A stretch of DNA of 64,000 nucleotides, taken from the NCBI GenBank assembly GCA_050015075.1, contig JBEKCB010000029.1, positions 1-64,000 on the forward strand, given 5' to 3'. Made by a program: the position numbers and the translations under genes. This document shows, piece by piece, positions 30,601 to 39,330 of the stretch. Source of the DNA: Candidatus Brocadiia bacterium. GTDB taxonomy: Bacteria > Planctomycetota > Brocadiia > CAIUPP01. The first letter of the stretch is position 1, and each line of letters opens with the position of its first letter. The notes below the pieces were generated by a model. That model worked only from the letters and a program-made list of their open reading frames with translations, ran no database searches and was not told the origin of the DNA.

Positions 30601-32283
30601 TGGATTGTGAACGGCGCGGCGCAAAGTTCCGGGCAGAAGGTCATCACGTTCACGATGGATGGGCCCGTGACGGCAGTGGCGCAGTACACGCGGAACGGCT
30701 TCGCGCTGACGGTGGAGTCCACGCCGCTGACCGGGCTGAGCATCGGCTCGAGCACGGGGCAGAAAGGGACGACGAACTACTACATCAATAAGGGCGTCGC
30801 CGATGGGACCAGCGTGAACCTGCAAGCGCCGGCGACGGACCCGTCCGGATACGCCTTCTGGCAATGGACGTTGAACGGCACGGCGCAGACGGCCGGGGAG
30901 AAGTCCATCACGTTCACGATGGATGGGGACATGACCGCTGTGGCGCAGTACACGCTCAACGGCTACGGGCTGACCGTGCAGTCCAAGCCGCCGACCGGGG
31001 TCGTGATCGGTTCAAGCACGGGCAACAACGGCACGACGAATTACGCGAATACCGTCGCATACGGCACGGCGGTGAACCTGCAGGCGCCCGCGACGGACCC
31101 GGCCGGATTCACGTTCTCGCAGTGGACGGTGAACGGCGCGGCGCAGACCGACGGGCAGAAATCCATCACGCTAACGATGGACGGCGCCGTGACGGCGGTG
31201 GCGCGCTACACGGCGAACATCGGCTACACGCTGATGGTGGAATCCGCGCCGATCGGGCTGGGCATTGATATCGGTTCGAGCACGGGCCAGAGCGGCACGA
31301 CGAACTACACGGTTCCCGACATCGCGTATGGGGCGAGCGTGAACCTGCAGGCCCCGGCGACGGACCCGGCAGGATTCACGTTCCAGCAGTGGACGCTCAA
31401 CGGCGCCGCGCAGCCTGGCGGACAGAAGTCCATCGCGTTCACGATGGATGCAGCCGTGACGGCGGTGGCGCACTACACGGCGAACACCGGCTACAAGCTC
31501 TCCGTGCAGTCCACGCCGTCCAAAGGGGACCTTATCACTTCGAGCACGTTCCACGGCGGCATAACGAACTACACGGTGCCCGGCATTACGTACGGGACGA
31601 GCGTGAACTTGCAGGCGCCGGTGACGGACCCGACGGGCTATACCTTCTCGGAATGGGCGGTGAATGGCGCGGCGCAGACTCCTGGGCAGAAGTCCATCAC
31701 GTTCACGATGGATGCGGCCGTGACGGCAGTGGCGCAGTATACATCGAACATCGGCTACATGCTCTCCGTGCAATCCACGCCGCCGGTCAAGCTGGTCATC
31801 AGTTCAAGCACGGGCCAGACCGGGACGACGAACTACACGATTCCCGGCATCGCGTACGGGGCGAGCGTGAACCTTGAGGCGCCGGCGACGGACCCGGCCG
31901 GATACACTTTCTCGCAATGGACGGTGAACGGCGCGGCGCAGATTCCTGGGCAGAAGTCCGTCACATTCACGATGGATGCGGCCGTCACGGCGGTGGCGTA
32001 CTACACAGCGAACAGCGGCTACACGCTCTCCGTGCAGTCGACGCCGCCGGTCAAGCTGGTCATCAGTTCGAGCACGGGCCAGAACGGAACGACGAATTAC
32101 ACGAAGCCCGGCATCGCGTACGGGGCGAGTGTGAACCTGGAGGCCCCGGCGACGGACCCGGCCGGGTACACCTTCTCACAGTGGAGAGTAAACGGCACAG
32201 CGCAGACCGCGGGGCAGAAATCCATCACGTTTACAATGACCGCGGCGACGACGGCCGTGGCGGTGTATGTCAAAAGCGATTAG
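27667..32283 (+). CDS. Giant secreted repeat protein: 14 ~88-aa beta-rich repeats plus 6 NHL repeats
   Basis: Signal peptide from ATG 27667; repeat unit LxVQSTPPTG...GTTNY...VNLQAPATDPxGYTFxQWTVNG...GQKSITFTM...AVAQY; NHL GQFxxPxGIAxD six times. Confidence 0.85.
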   Translation: MHLSSRTWSVWSVIAVLIAVSIAMTAARTAAAASFLLTVESTPPTELSIGSTTGDAGLTIYTVPGIGAGASVNLQAPATDPSGYTFVQWTLNATAQTAGQKAITFAMTADTLAVAQYTPIYLTVQSTPPTGVVIGSSTGNNGTTNYTSTVAYGGSVNLQAPATDPTGYTFWQWTVNGLSQGAGQKTVVIPGFGTWGSAGNLNGQFEFPEGIAVDRSGNVYVSDTDNDRIQEFTSEGVYITQWGRLGSGKGQLSGPEGIATDSDGNVYVADMYNNRIQKFTSAGVYITQWGRFGTGNGQFESPFGIALDGADNVYVVDSGNSRIQMFTSAGAYVTQWGSRGTGGGFFQIPKGIAIDRVRNLVYVADTFNYLIQEFTSTGGFITQWGSQGAGTGQFDEPYGVAVDGDGNVYVADTINSRVQEFTSAGVYVTQWGSYGSGNGQFELPDGIALDSAGNIYVADTNNMRIQVIGQVISQNILAVAQYTANNGTLVVESTPPTGLSVGSSTGDGGTTNYTVPGITAGKSVNLQAPAADPGGYTFAQWTVNGTAQPAGQKSITFTMKASRTAVAQYTLNTYALAVQSTPPTGLVIGSTTGNDGATNYSNTVPYGASVNLQAPATDPAGFTFSQWTVNGAVQTDGQKSITLTMDAAVTAVAHYTANVGYTLSVQSTPPTGLSVGSSTGQSGTTNYKNKGLAYGASVNLQAPATDPAGFTFSQWMVNGAAQPPGQKSVTFTMDAAVTAVAQYTANAGYTLSVQSAPPHKQVIGSSTGHGGTTNYMVPGVASGTSVNLQAPATDPAGYTFQQWAVNGAAQTAGQKSITFTVDGAVTAVAQYTPNIGYVLTVQSTPPTGLVVSSSTGQTGTTNYTKAGVGNGASVNLQAPAADPTGFIFLQWTVNGAAQNPGQKSVTFTMDGAVIAVAEYAADVGYTLSVESTPPTGLVIASGTGQNGRTNYTKAGVGNGASVNLGAPTVDPAGYTFSQWIVNGAAQSSGQKVITFTMDGPVTAVAQYTRNGFALTVESTPLTGLSIGSSTGQKGTTNYYINKGVADGTSVNLQAPATDPSGYAFWQWTLNGTAQTAGEKSITFTMDGDMTAVAQYTLNGYGLTVQSKPPTGVVIGSSTGNNGTTNYANTVAYGTAVNLQAPATDPAGFTFSQWTVNGAAQTDGQKSITLTMDGAVTAVARYTANIGYTLMVESAPIGLGIDIGSSTGQSGTTNYTVPDIAYGASVNLQAPATDPAGFTFQQWTLNGAAQPGGQKSIAFTMDAAVTAVAHYTANTGYKLSVQSTPSKGDLITSSTFHGGITNYTVPGITYGTSVNLQAPVTDPTGYTFSEWAVNGAAQTPGQKSITFTMDAAVTAVAQYTSNIGYMLSVQSTPPVKLVISSSTGQTGTTNYTIPGIAYGASVNLEAPATDPAGYTFSQWTVNGAAQIPGQKSVTFTMDAAVTAVAYYTANSGYTLSVQSTPPVKLVISSSTGQNGTTNYTKPGIAYGASVNLEAPATDPAGYTFSQWRVNGTAQTAGQKSITFTMTAATTAVAVYVKSD

Positions 32284-32303
32284 CAGCGCCGCGAACTACA
32301 CAA

Positions 32304-32331
32304 ATCCCGCCGGCGAGATTGCCGGCGGGAT
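32304..32331 (+). terminator. GC-rich hairpin after the giant repeat gene
   Basis: ATCCCGCCGGC-GAGATT-GCCGGCGGGAT, perfect 11-bp stem; no clear U-tract. Confidence 0.45.
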
Positions 32332-32468
32332 GGTGAAACAGTCTCCGAAGCCCGTTGAGCCCCGGGAGAGGATTTGTGGGGCTGCCGAGGACTGCGAATA
32401 GCGTTCTAACGTGCAATCACTTCGACGGTTGTAATGTTGCCGAGCGGTTTGTTTGCTGGCCCCAAGGC

Positions 32469-32522
32469 TGTCCGTGCGGCTGCCTGACCGACTCGCGCAA
32501 GGAGTGCCATTGCACGCCGCGG
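32469..32522 (+). repeat. Isolated 54-bp comM fragment (putative att scar)
   Basis: TGTCCGTGCGGCTGCCTGACCGACTCGCGCAAGGAGTGCCATTGCACGCCGCGG versus comM 25664-25717. Confidence 0.85.
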
Positions 32523-32579
32523 TCGTTCATTTGAAGCGGTCGCGCGGCGGAACGTGCAGCTCGATGAGAAGCCACTGAC

Positions 32580-35210
32580 ATGGACGCCGTTACATCATTC
32601 GAAAAGCCTCTGCATGGCGCCGCCAAGGTTGTATTGATCGCCTGCGCAGGACTGCTGGTCTTCGTTTTTTACTTGTGGGCGCTGGTCTCGCTGTTGTTCC
32701 TGCTGCTGGTGGCAGCGCTTGAAATCGCGGTGGTCGTCGTCCTCATACGGTTTGGACTGGCAGCGATTGCGCTCGTTCCCCTGCAGAGCCACATTCAGCT
32801 CATCTGGCTGTTCGTCCGCAGTTTTCCGCTGAGAAAACCAGTGGAGTTCCGCATCCCGCTGAAGCGGGAAGATGCGCCGGCGCTTTTTGCCATGCTGGAG
32901 AACCTCTGCCGGCGGCTCCAATTGGCTCCGCCTGACACCGTCTTCCTCGAGATGCACCTGAACGCCTGGGTGCGACTCGAGGGTTATCAGCGGGGCGCGG
33001 GAAGAACTTTTCTGGGCGTCGGCTACGACCTGTTGGCGGGATTATCGGCCCGCGAGGTGGAGGCCGTCCTCGCCCACGAGATGGTGCACGCCAAACTCAT
33101 CCAGCGAGGCGTCAGCTATTGGCTGAAGACGGGCCTGCCGCGCATCGTCACGCTTGCGATGGCGCTCCATGCTAACGCGGAGATGCATCGCCGCGCAAAA
33201 CGCCCCGCACTTCTTGCCCGCGCGCTCCTGAAGGTGGCCGACCGGTTCGCGAGGCTCGGCACACGGCTGGTGGCAACTTACTCCAGGCAGGAGGAGTTCG
33301 CCGCCGATCGCGGCGCGGCCGAACTCTGCGGCGCCACGGTCTGCCGCTCCGCCCTGGCCGCACTCAGGACACTGTACGCAAGGACCCAAAGGATTCCCTG
33401 GCGCGAACGCGTCTCTCAACTCCAGTTGGGCGAAGGGTTCAGCCAATGGCTAGTGCAGGAACTGACGCGAACGGATTTGCCGCAATCGGCCGAGGTCGCG
33501 AAGGAGCCGTTCAACCGGTACTCCACGCACCCGACGGTGGCGGATCGCCTGGCGGCGCTCTCACAGGAACCGGCCTCTGGTCAAACTCAAGTCGCCCGGG
33601 AGCCCGGCATCGGTTTGCTTGCCGAACCTGACGCCCTGGCTGAGAAGCTGATGGCCGAGATTCAGCGCACCGTGGTGGAGCAGGAGGAGAAGGACAGCCG
33701 CGCGTTGCGACGCTGGCGCCGCAAGTCCTGCACCGGGCGCGCGCACCTTCGGCCGCTGCAACTGGTCGGCGTGATCGTTGGCTTCGCGGGCGCCCTCACA
33801 GCCATAGGACTCATTATTGCGATCGCCGGCAGCACGTCGCTCGGGGAGATAATCGCCATCGGGTTATTCGGGTTCCTTCCGTCGGTCGCACTCGGCATCG
33901 CATTATATCGCCTCGGACGCCGCCGCGACCGCATCGAGCTGCCGGTGCCCGAGTACGCGCTTCTGAAAGAGGCGGTCAAGAAAACAAAGGATACCGCCGG
34001 CCGGGAGGATGCTCAGAAGCAATTGGAAAATGAGTTCCGGGAGCTTGTGGCGAAAGAAAAGAAGCGCCGCGGAAAAGCAGCCGTATTGGCTTCTGAGAGT
34101 TACGCGGCGCTCGGCAAGTGCGAATACCTGAAGGCGCACGTCGCCGCGCGGCTCTGCCTGCAACATGCGCCGAAATCAATCGAAGGCGCGCTGGCCCTGG
34201 CGGTTGCCTCCGGCGCGCTTAACCAGGGCGCCCAGGTGACCAGGATGTTGACTTTCCTGGGCCGGCGCACGGGGTTGACGGGACAGTCAACGATATGGGG
34301 AACAGGCTGGGCGCTGTATCTCTGCGGCAATTGGGTCGAGGCCGAGGCGTTCCTCGACCAAGCGCAGGGGCAGCGTCCCGACGAGCCGACCCTCCTGATC
34401 CTGCTCGCAATCAGCCGGTCCAGGCGCGGCAAGCTGCAGAGCGCGATTATGAGCGCCCGCCAGGCCTGCGCCACGAAGGCCGCAAACAAGGAGCACGAGA
34501 AGGTGCTGATTCAACTTCTCCTGGAGGGCGGCTACCTGCGCGAGGCGCAGGAGAGATTGACGAAGCTGGAGGCGGAGATCCCAGGCGATCCCGAACTCAT
34601 GGTCTCCGCCGCCCGGATGAACCTGATGCAGCGCAAATTCGAAGCGGCGGACGAATGGACCGAACGCCTGAAGCAGGCATCCGCCGGACCGCACGTGCTG
34701 GTTCAACTTGGCGAGTTCTACGAGAGCGCCCGCAAGGACGAAAAGGCGGCCGCGCTCTTCAACCAGGCGCTGGAGAGCGCATTCTACCCGCAGGCGCTGC
34801 TGGGGCTGGCGCGGATCGAAGCCGTTCGCCATAACCGGGAATTGGCGCAGGGCCATCTGCTGGCGGCATTGAACACCAAGCGCCCGCTCGGGGAAAACGC
34901 AATCGGGCCCTTGCCGCTGTTCCATTACATCGTCGCCAGGCTCCGCATGCTCCGGGAACCGGAACCGAACTGTCAGACTTGGATTGCCTCGTTCCAGAAG
35001 GGAACCGGCCCTGCGGCAGTCCCCAATATGTCCCTCATGGTCTGCGCCCAAAGCCGCGAAGACGCAGAGAAACATGTTGCCGCGATCGTCCACGCAATGG
35101 ATCCCGAATCGTCCCTGCTCTCGACGGCAGGCATCGGATGGAAGAAAGCGCCCCAGGAGCAGCAACCGGCTGGCCCGACGTGTCCGGGCATTCTGAGCGC
35201 CTTATCCTAA
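32580..35210 (+). CDS. M48 (HtpX-like) membrane metalloprotease with TPR-like C-terminus
   Basis: VLAHEMVH (HExxH), SRQEEFAAD, STHPTVADR; transmembrane segments; helical repeats. Confidence 0.85.
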   Translation: MDAVTSFEKPLHGAAKVVLIACAGLLVFVFYLWALVSLLFLLLVAALEIAVVVVLIRFGLAAIALVPLQSHIQLIWLFVRSFPLRKPVEFRIPLKREDAPALFAMLENLCRRLQLAPPDTVFLEMHLNAWVRLEGYQRGAGRTFLGVGYDLLAGLSAREVEAVLAHEMVHAKLIQRGVSYWLKTGLPRIVTLAMALHANAEMHRRAKRPALLARALLKVADRFARLGTRLVATYSRQEEFAADRGAAELCGATVCRSALAALRTLYARTQRIPWRERVSQLQLGEGFSQWLVQELTRTDLPQSAEVAKEPFNRYSTHPTVADRLAALSQEPASGQTQVAREPGIGLLAEPDALAEKLMAEIQRTVVEQEEKDSRALRRWRRKSCTGRAHLRPLQLVGVIVGFAGALTAIGLIIAIAGSTSLGEIIAIGLFGFLPSVALGIALYRLGRRRDRIELPVPEYALLKEAVKKTKDTAGREDAQKQLENEFRELVAKEKKRRGKAAVLASESYAALGKCEYLKAHVAARLCLQHAPKSIEGALALAVASGALNQGAQVTRMLTFLGRRTGLTGQSTIWGTGWALYLCGNWVEAEAFLDQAQGQRPDEPTLLILLAISRSRRGKLQSAIMSARQACATKAANKEHEKVLIQLLLEGGYLREAQERLTKLEAEIPGDPELMVSAARMNLMQRKFEAADEWTERLKQASAGPHVLVQLGEFYESARKDEKAAALFNQALESAFYPQALLGLARIEAVRHNRELAQGHLLAALNTKRPLGENAIGPLPLFHYIVARLRMLREPEPNCQTWIASFQKGTGPAAVPNMSLMVCAQSREDAEKHVAAIVHAMDPESSLLSTAGIGWKKAPQEQQPAGPTCPGILSALS

Positions 35211-35618
35211 GTCCAAATGACCTCGGAATGAGGCAGGAACTTGCGGGCGCGGAAGAGGCGCTCGGATCAGCCGCCTGACCGGGGCCGGCCCGAATTCAAT
35301 CGCGCGGCGCGTCGAAAACGGCGATGCTGAATAGTCGTGCGCCGTACGCGGCGCACTCTTGATGTTTGGAAAACCCCGCTTTCGCCGACTCGATAGCCGG
35401 CGGGTTAAGCGAGTCGTTTCCGATGCTGCTCGGCATCCGTTACCTGCTCATTCTTGCCATGGCCGTCTACGCGCTGTCGGCGTTGCGCCCAAGGAAAATG
35501 GCAGGGCAGGGAGTATTGGCATGATCAAGAGCCTGCACTGGTGGGGGCAGCCGCGCAGTCCACGCGGCGCGGAGTTTCCATCATCACCGCCACGACGGCG
35601 ATCCGCCGCTGTTCTCCT

Positions 35619-36518
35619 TCAACCTCCAGGCCCGGCGCAGAGGTCGAGCCGATACCAGATCTCCCGACCGACGGGGGTTGATTTCATCCGGTGGGCAAAG
35701 TTGGCGAACGCCTTGAACTGCGTGTCATCTGTCCTGAAGCGAACGGTCTTGTAGCCGGCCTCTACGCCCTTCTGGAAGGTGCGATGCCACATGGCGATTG
35801 TGACCCAACTGGAGCGGAACTCCTCATCCACCACGTCATAAGGCGCCTCGGCCTTGCCGTCCGTGACATGGACGACCAGCGCGCCCACGACGCGCGGTTC
35901 CATCAGGACGACCGTCGAGAGATCCGGCTGCACGCGTGAACCCGGAACCTTCCAATCCACGTCCTGCACGTTGGTCAGGTATCGTCTGATCAACTCCGCC
36001 ACCGGCATGAGCGGCGCCTCGCGCAGCGCGATCACGCGTCCGTTGGCGGGAACGCCGCCCTTCCGCTCGATCCATCGGTGTGCGGACTGCACGGCCTTCC
36101 AGCCGGCCTCCACATCCATATCGTAATGCACGAGCGTCTGGAACGGCTGGAAGGCAAGTTCCCGCAGGAGGCTCTCCGCCGGCGAGCCCTCGAGTACGCC
36201 GCCTTGCACGGTCAGGCGCTCGGCGCCGGCGGCGCGCGCCTGCGCTATGCACCCCGCAACCAGCAGACGGCCCGCCTCTGCAGGGACGCCCGGCTCTGTC
36301 GCCCACTCGAAGAGGGCGGACTCTCCTCCGCGCGGGCCGGGACTGATGAGGAAGCTCGCCGCGCCCAGGACGCGCCGGTCCCCGACGGACTCCGCGACGA
36401 GGCACCGAATGCGGTCCGGCGCCATCGCAATCCGCGGAAGCAGCCGCAGCAGCCGTGGCGTGTCCGCCGGGCGCGCCGGGCGCAAGCGCATGGTGGAAGC
36501 GGAATGGGCCGCGCTCAT
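35619..36518 (-). CDS. Tandem GNAT-fold acyltransferase-like protein
   Basis: MRLRPARPAD start; GRLLVAGCIAQARAAGAERL motif; second GNAT-like half; ATGA overlap with upstream gene. Confidence 0.65.
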   Translation of the reverse strand: MSAAHSASTMRLRPARPADTPRLLRLLPRIAMAPDRIRCLVAESVGDRRVLGAASFLISPGPRGGESALFEWATEPGVPAEAGRLLVAGCIAQARAAGAERLTVQGGVLEGSPAESLLRELAFQPFQTLVHYDMDVEAGWKAVQSAHRWIERKGGVPANGRVIALREAPLMPVAELIRRYLTNVQDVDWKVPGSRVQPDLSTVVLMEPRVVGALVVHVTDGKAEAPYDVVDEEFRSSWVTIAMWHRTFQKGVEAGYKTVRFRTDDTQFKAFANFAHRMKSTPVGREIWYRLDLCAGPGG

Positions 36519-39277
36519 GCCTGGGCCTCTTTTTCCGGCGCTGACCGCTGACGGTACAGCTTCGGCCTGACGGCCGCCGCCATGGCCTCGGGCCTCTTGA
36601 TCCATTCCGGGCCGAGGAACTTCTGCAACTGCTCAACCGCCCTGGCCGGGTCCTCCACCACGTCGGGGTAATCGAGGATCAGGCACTTCAAGTGCTTCAC
36701 CTTCGCGATCCCTTTCAGAACGTTGTCCTGATGACTCCGGAGCATCGCCAGCAAGCGGTTGCGGTCCGGCGCGGGTTTGCCCATGTGTTCGAGCATCTTC
36801 GCCTGCGACGCGGCAATCTCTTCCGGCGGCCGCCACATGAAGATCACCTTGTACGCGTGGATGCGAGGCAGCGCGCCCAGCGACAGCGAGACGACCTTCA
36901 CCGCCTTGCCTTCCGTCTTCTCGATCAGGCGCGGGTTGCGGCGGAGCTGCCGGATCGGCTGCCACTCATAATAACCTTCGGGGTTGTCCTCGTTGGCCTG
37001 GCGGAGGGTGTCACTCATGATGGGGACACCTCCCGCCTCCAGCATCTGCATCATCAGAGAGGTGCCGGAGCGCGGCAGGCCGGACACGATGAGGAACTCC
37101 TTGCCGGACGAGCCGGGCGCGCCGGCGCGTGGGGCGGCCGGCGCCGCTGCGGCCGGTTCCGCCGGCAGGGCCGACACCGCCTCCATCAGCCGCTGCGCCT
37201 CCTCGTCGCGCCGGGCCTCGCGGACGCGGTCCCGCTCGGCGATCTCCTCGCGAAGCTTGTGCATGCGCTCGCGCGTCTTCGCGACTCGGGCCAGGCATTC
37301 CTGACGCAGGCGGCTGTGCTCGACGGCCTTGTCGTTCCCGCCCGGCGTCCGCAGGTAGAGCATTGCGAGGATCGCGTGGATGTCCGGGCGCGCAGGAAGG
37401 AAACGCGCGGCCGTTTCGAGCGCCTCGATGGCGCGCTGAGTCCGGCCGGTGCGAGCGAGGGCCTTGCCCAGGCAGAGGTGCGCCTCGCCGAGGCTGAATT
37501 CCAGTCCGATGGCGCGCATCGCCGCCTCCGCCGCGGGCTCATGCGAGCGGCTCCGCAGGAGGCAGCGAGCGACGCCCAGGTGCGCCAGGGGCGCGTCAGG
37601 GTCCAGTTCCAGCGCGCGCTCGAAGGCGCGCTGCGCGTCGCGGTAGCGCCGGAGATGAAAGTAAGCCCGTCCCAGATACACCAGGACGTGCGGCCGGCGC
37701 GAGTCGGCCTGGTCCACCGCCTCCAGGTGCGCCAGCGCCGCCTCCGGGCGCCCGCACTGCTGCTCCGCCACGCCCAGCAGCAGGCGCGCCCGCGCGTCGC
37801 CGGGGAACGCCTCCGACAGGTTTCGCAGCAGCTCGTACGCCTCCTTCTTGAGTCCGAGCACGAACTGGCACTCGGCGAGGAGCACGCCCATATCCAGCCG
37901 CAGCGGGTTCCGGTCGTACACCTCTTCCAGCAGCGGCAACGCCTGGGCGAATCGGCGGGAGAAAAAGTATATCCGCGCCAGGGTCCACCGGTTCTCCTGG
38001 CGGGTCATCTCGGCGAAGGCGGTCGTATCGCCGTCGCGCGGGGCCTCGACGTAGCCCAGCGCCACGAATTGCTCGATCAGCGCCTTCGAGTCGTCCGCGC
38101 TCATCGTCGCGCCTTTGGGATGCATGCCCGCCGGGCCGGGGACTTCTTCCCAGGAGAGAATCGTCTCCACCGCGGGCGGAGCGACGAACGCCTCGGCCAG
38201 GGAGCGCCCGTCCATGTCACGGCCGGCGGGCAGCCCGAAAAGCGTCAGCACCGTCGGGGCGATGTCCAGCACGCTCGCGCCGTGGATCAGCTCGTCCTGC
38301 CGGATCCCCGGACCCTTCATCGCCAGGACGCCGATGGGGCGGTGCTCCTCCGCCGGGCCGGCCGAGATCGAGGGCGGCCGCAGCAGACGCTGCTCTCCGG
38401 CGTGCCAGCCGTGGTCGGAGCAGAGAATCACCGTCGCATCCTCGCCGGCCAGTTGCAGCAGGCGCCCCAGCAGCAGGTCGTTCAGGCGATAGCCGCTGTT
38501 GACCACGTCGCTGTACAGCTCGAACTCGCGCTCGTTGATCCACGGCAGCCGCGGGGGGTGGTAGCGCATGAATCCATGGCAGAGATGGTCAATGGCGCCG
38601 TAGTAGACGGCGGCGAAATCCCATGGCTCGCGCTCCATGGCCCAGGTGATCGCGGCATGCACCGAGAGGCACTCGGCGAGCTGGCAGGCGATGACCTCCA
38701 GCCGGCGGTCGTTGGTCTGGTCCACCTCGCGGTAGCGCGGGACGAAGAGGCCGATGGTCTGCGAGTCTATGTCCTTCGGCCGAACGCACAGCTCGGCGAC
38801 TTTCGACGCCAGGTCAGCGGGATGGACCACGCCCTTCCCGACCGGCGGCGCCTTCGCCCGGCTGCTCTGCGCCGCCCGGCCGAACAGCTCCGAGATGCAC
38901 ACCCCGCTGATCGGCTCCGCCGGGTGGCCGGCGAACCAGTTCACGACGTGGGTCTTCAGGCCCTTCTGCGAGAGGATATTCCAGATGGCTTTGACCTTGC
39001 GGGAGAGGCTGCTGGCCGCGCGCACCTCATGGGCGGCCTCATCAATCTCCGTGAAGCCGATGATCCCGTGCTTGTCCGGCAGCATGCCGGTGGCGATCGA
39101 ATTCCAGATCAGAGGGGAATAGGTCGGGCGCAGGGTGGAGAGATTGCCCATGACGCCGCCGTTGACCAGGCGGCGCAAATTGGGCAGCTCCCCGCGGTCC
39201 AGCAGGGGATGGATGATCGTCCAATCGGCGCCGTCCCAGCCGATCAACAGCACCCGGCGTTTTCCAGGGGCAGCCAT
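36515..39277 (-). CDS. Alkaline-phosphatase-superfamily phosphodiesterase - TPR - sulfotransferase fusion
   Basis: LLIGWDGADW, SPLIWNSIATG, DHLCH, CSDHG (NPP-type); several TPRs; IVSGLPRSGTSLMMQML PAPS-binding loop and NPEGYYE. Confidence 0.9.
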   Translation of the reverse strand: MAAPGKRRVLLIGWDGADWTIIHPLLDRGELPNLRRLVNGGVMGNLSTLRPTYSPLIWNSIATGMLPDKHGIIGFTEIDEAAHEVRAASSLSRKVKAIWNILSQKGLKTHVVNWFAGHPAEPISGVCISELFGRAAQSSRAKAPPVGKGVVHPADLASKVAELCVRPKDIDSQTIGLFVPRYREVDQTNDRRLEVIACQLAECLSVHAAITWAMEREPWDFAAVYYGAIDHLCHGFMRYHPPRLPWINEREFELYSDVVNSGYRLNDLLLGRLLQLAGEDATVILCSDHGWHAGEQRLLRPPSISAGPAEEHRPIGVLAMKGPGIRQDELIHGASVLDIAPTVLTLFGLPAGRDMDGRSLAEAFVAPPAVETILSWEEVPGPAGMHPKGATMSADDSKALIEQFVALGYVEAPRDGDTTAFAEMTRQENRWTLARIYFFSRRFAQALPLLEEVYDRNPLRLDMGVLLAECQFVLGLKKEAYELLRNLSEAFPGDARARLLLGVAEQQCGRPEAALAHLEAVDQADSRRPHVLVYLGRAYFHLRRYRDAQRAFERALELDPDAPLAHLGVARCLLRSRSHEPAAEAAMRAIGLEFSLGEAHLCLGKALARTGRTQRAIEALETAARFLPARPDIHAILAMLYLRTPGGNDKAVEHSRLRQECLARVAKTRERMHKLREEIAERDRVREARRDEEAQRLMEAVSALPAEPAAAAPAAPRAGAPGSSGKEFLIVSGLPRSGTSLMMQMLEAGGVPIMSDTLRQANEDNPEGYYEWQPIRQLRRNPRLIEKTEGKAVKVVSLSLGALPRIHAYKVIFMWRPPEEIAASQAKMLEHMGKPAPDRNRLLAMLRSHQDNVLKGIAKVKHLKCLILDYPDVVEDPARAVEQLQKFLGPEWIKRPEAMAAAVRPKLYRQRSAPEKEAQA

Positions 39278-39330
39278 GACGCTCCTTCCGGTCTCATCAT
39301 ATCATGCGCCCGCGATGACGCAACACGGCC

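Noticed and set aside
35211-35618. Possible small gene or further comM fragment between M48 and GNAT
   Set aside because: No convincing ORF, RBS or similarity to comM found by eye.
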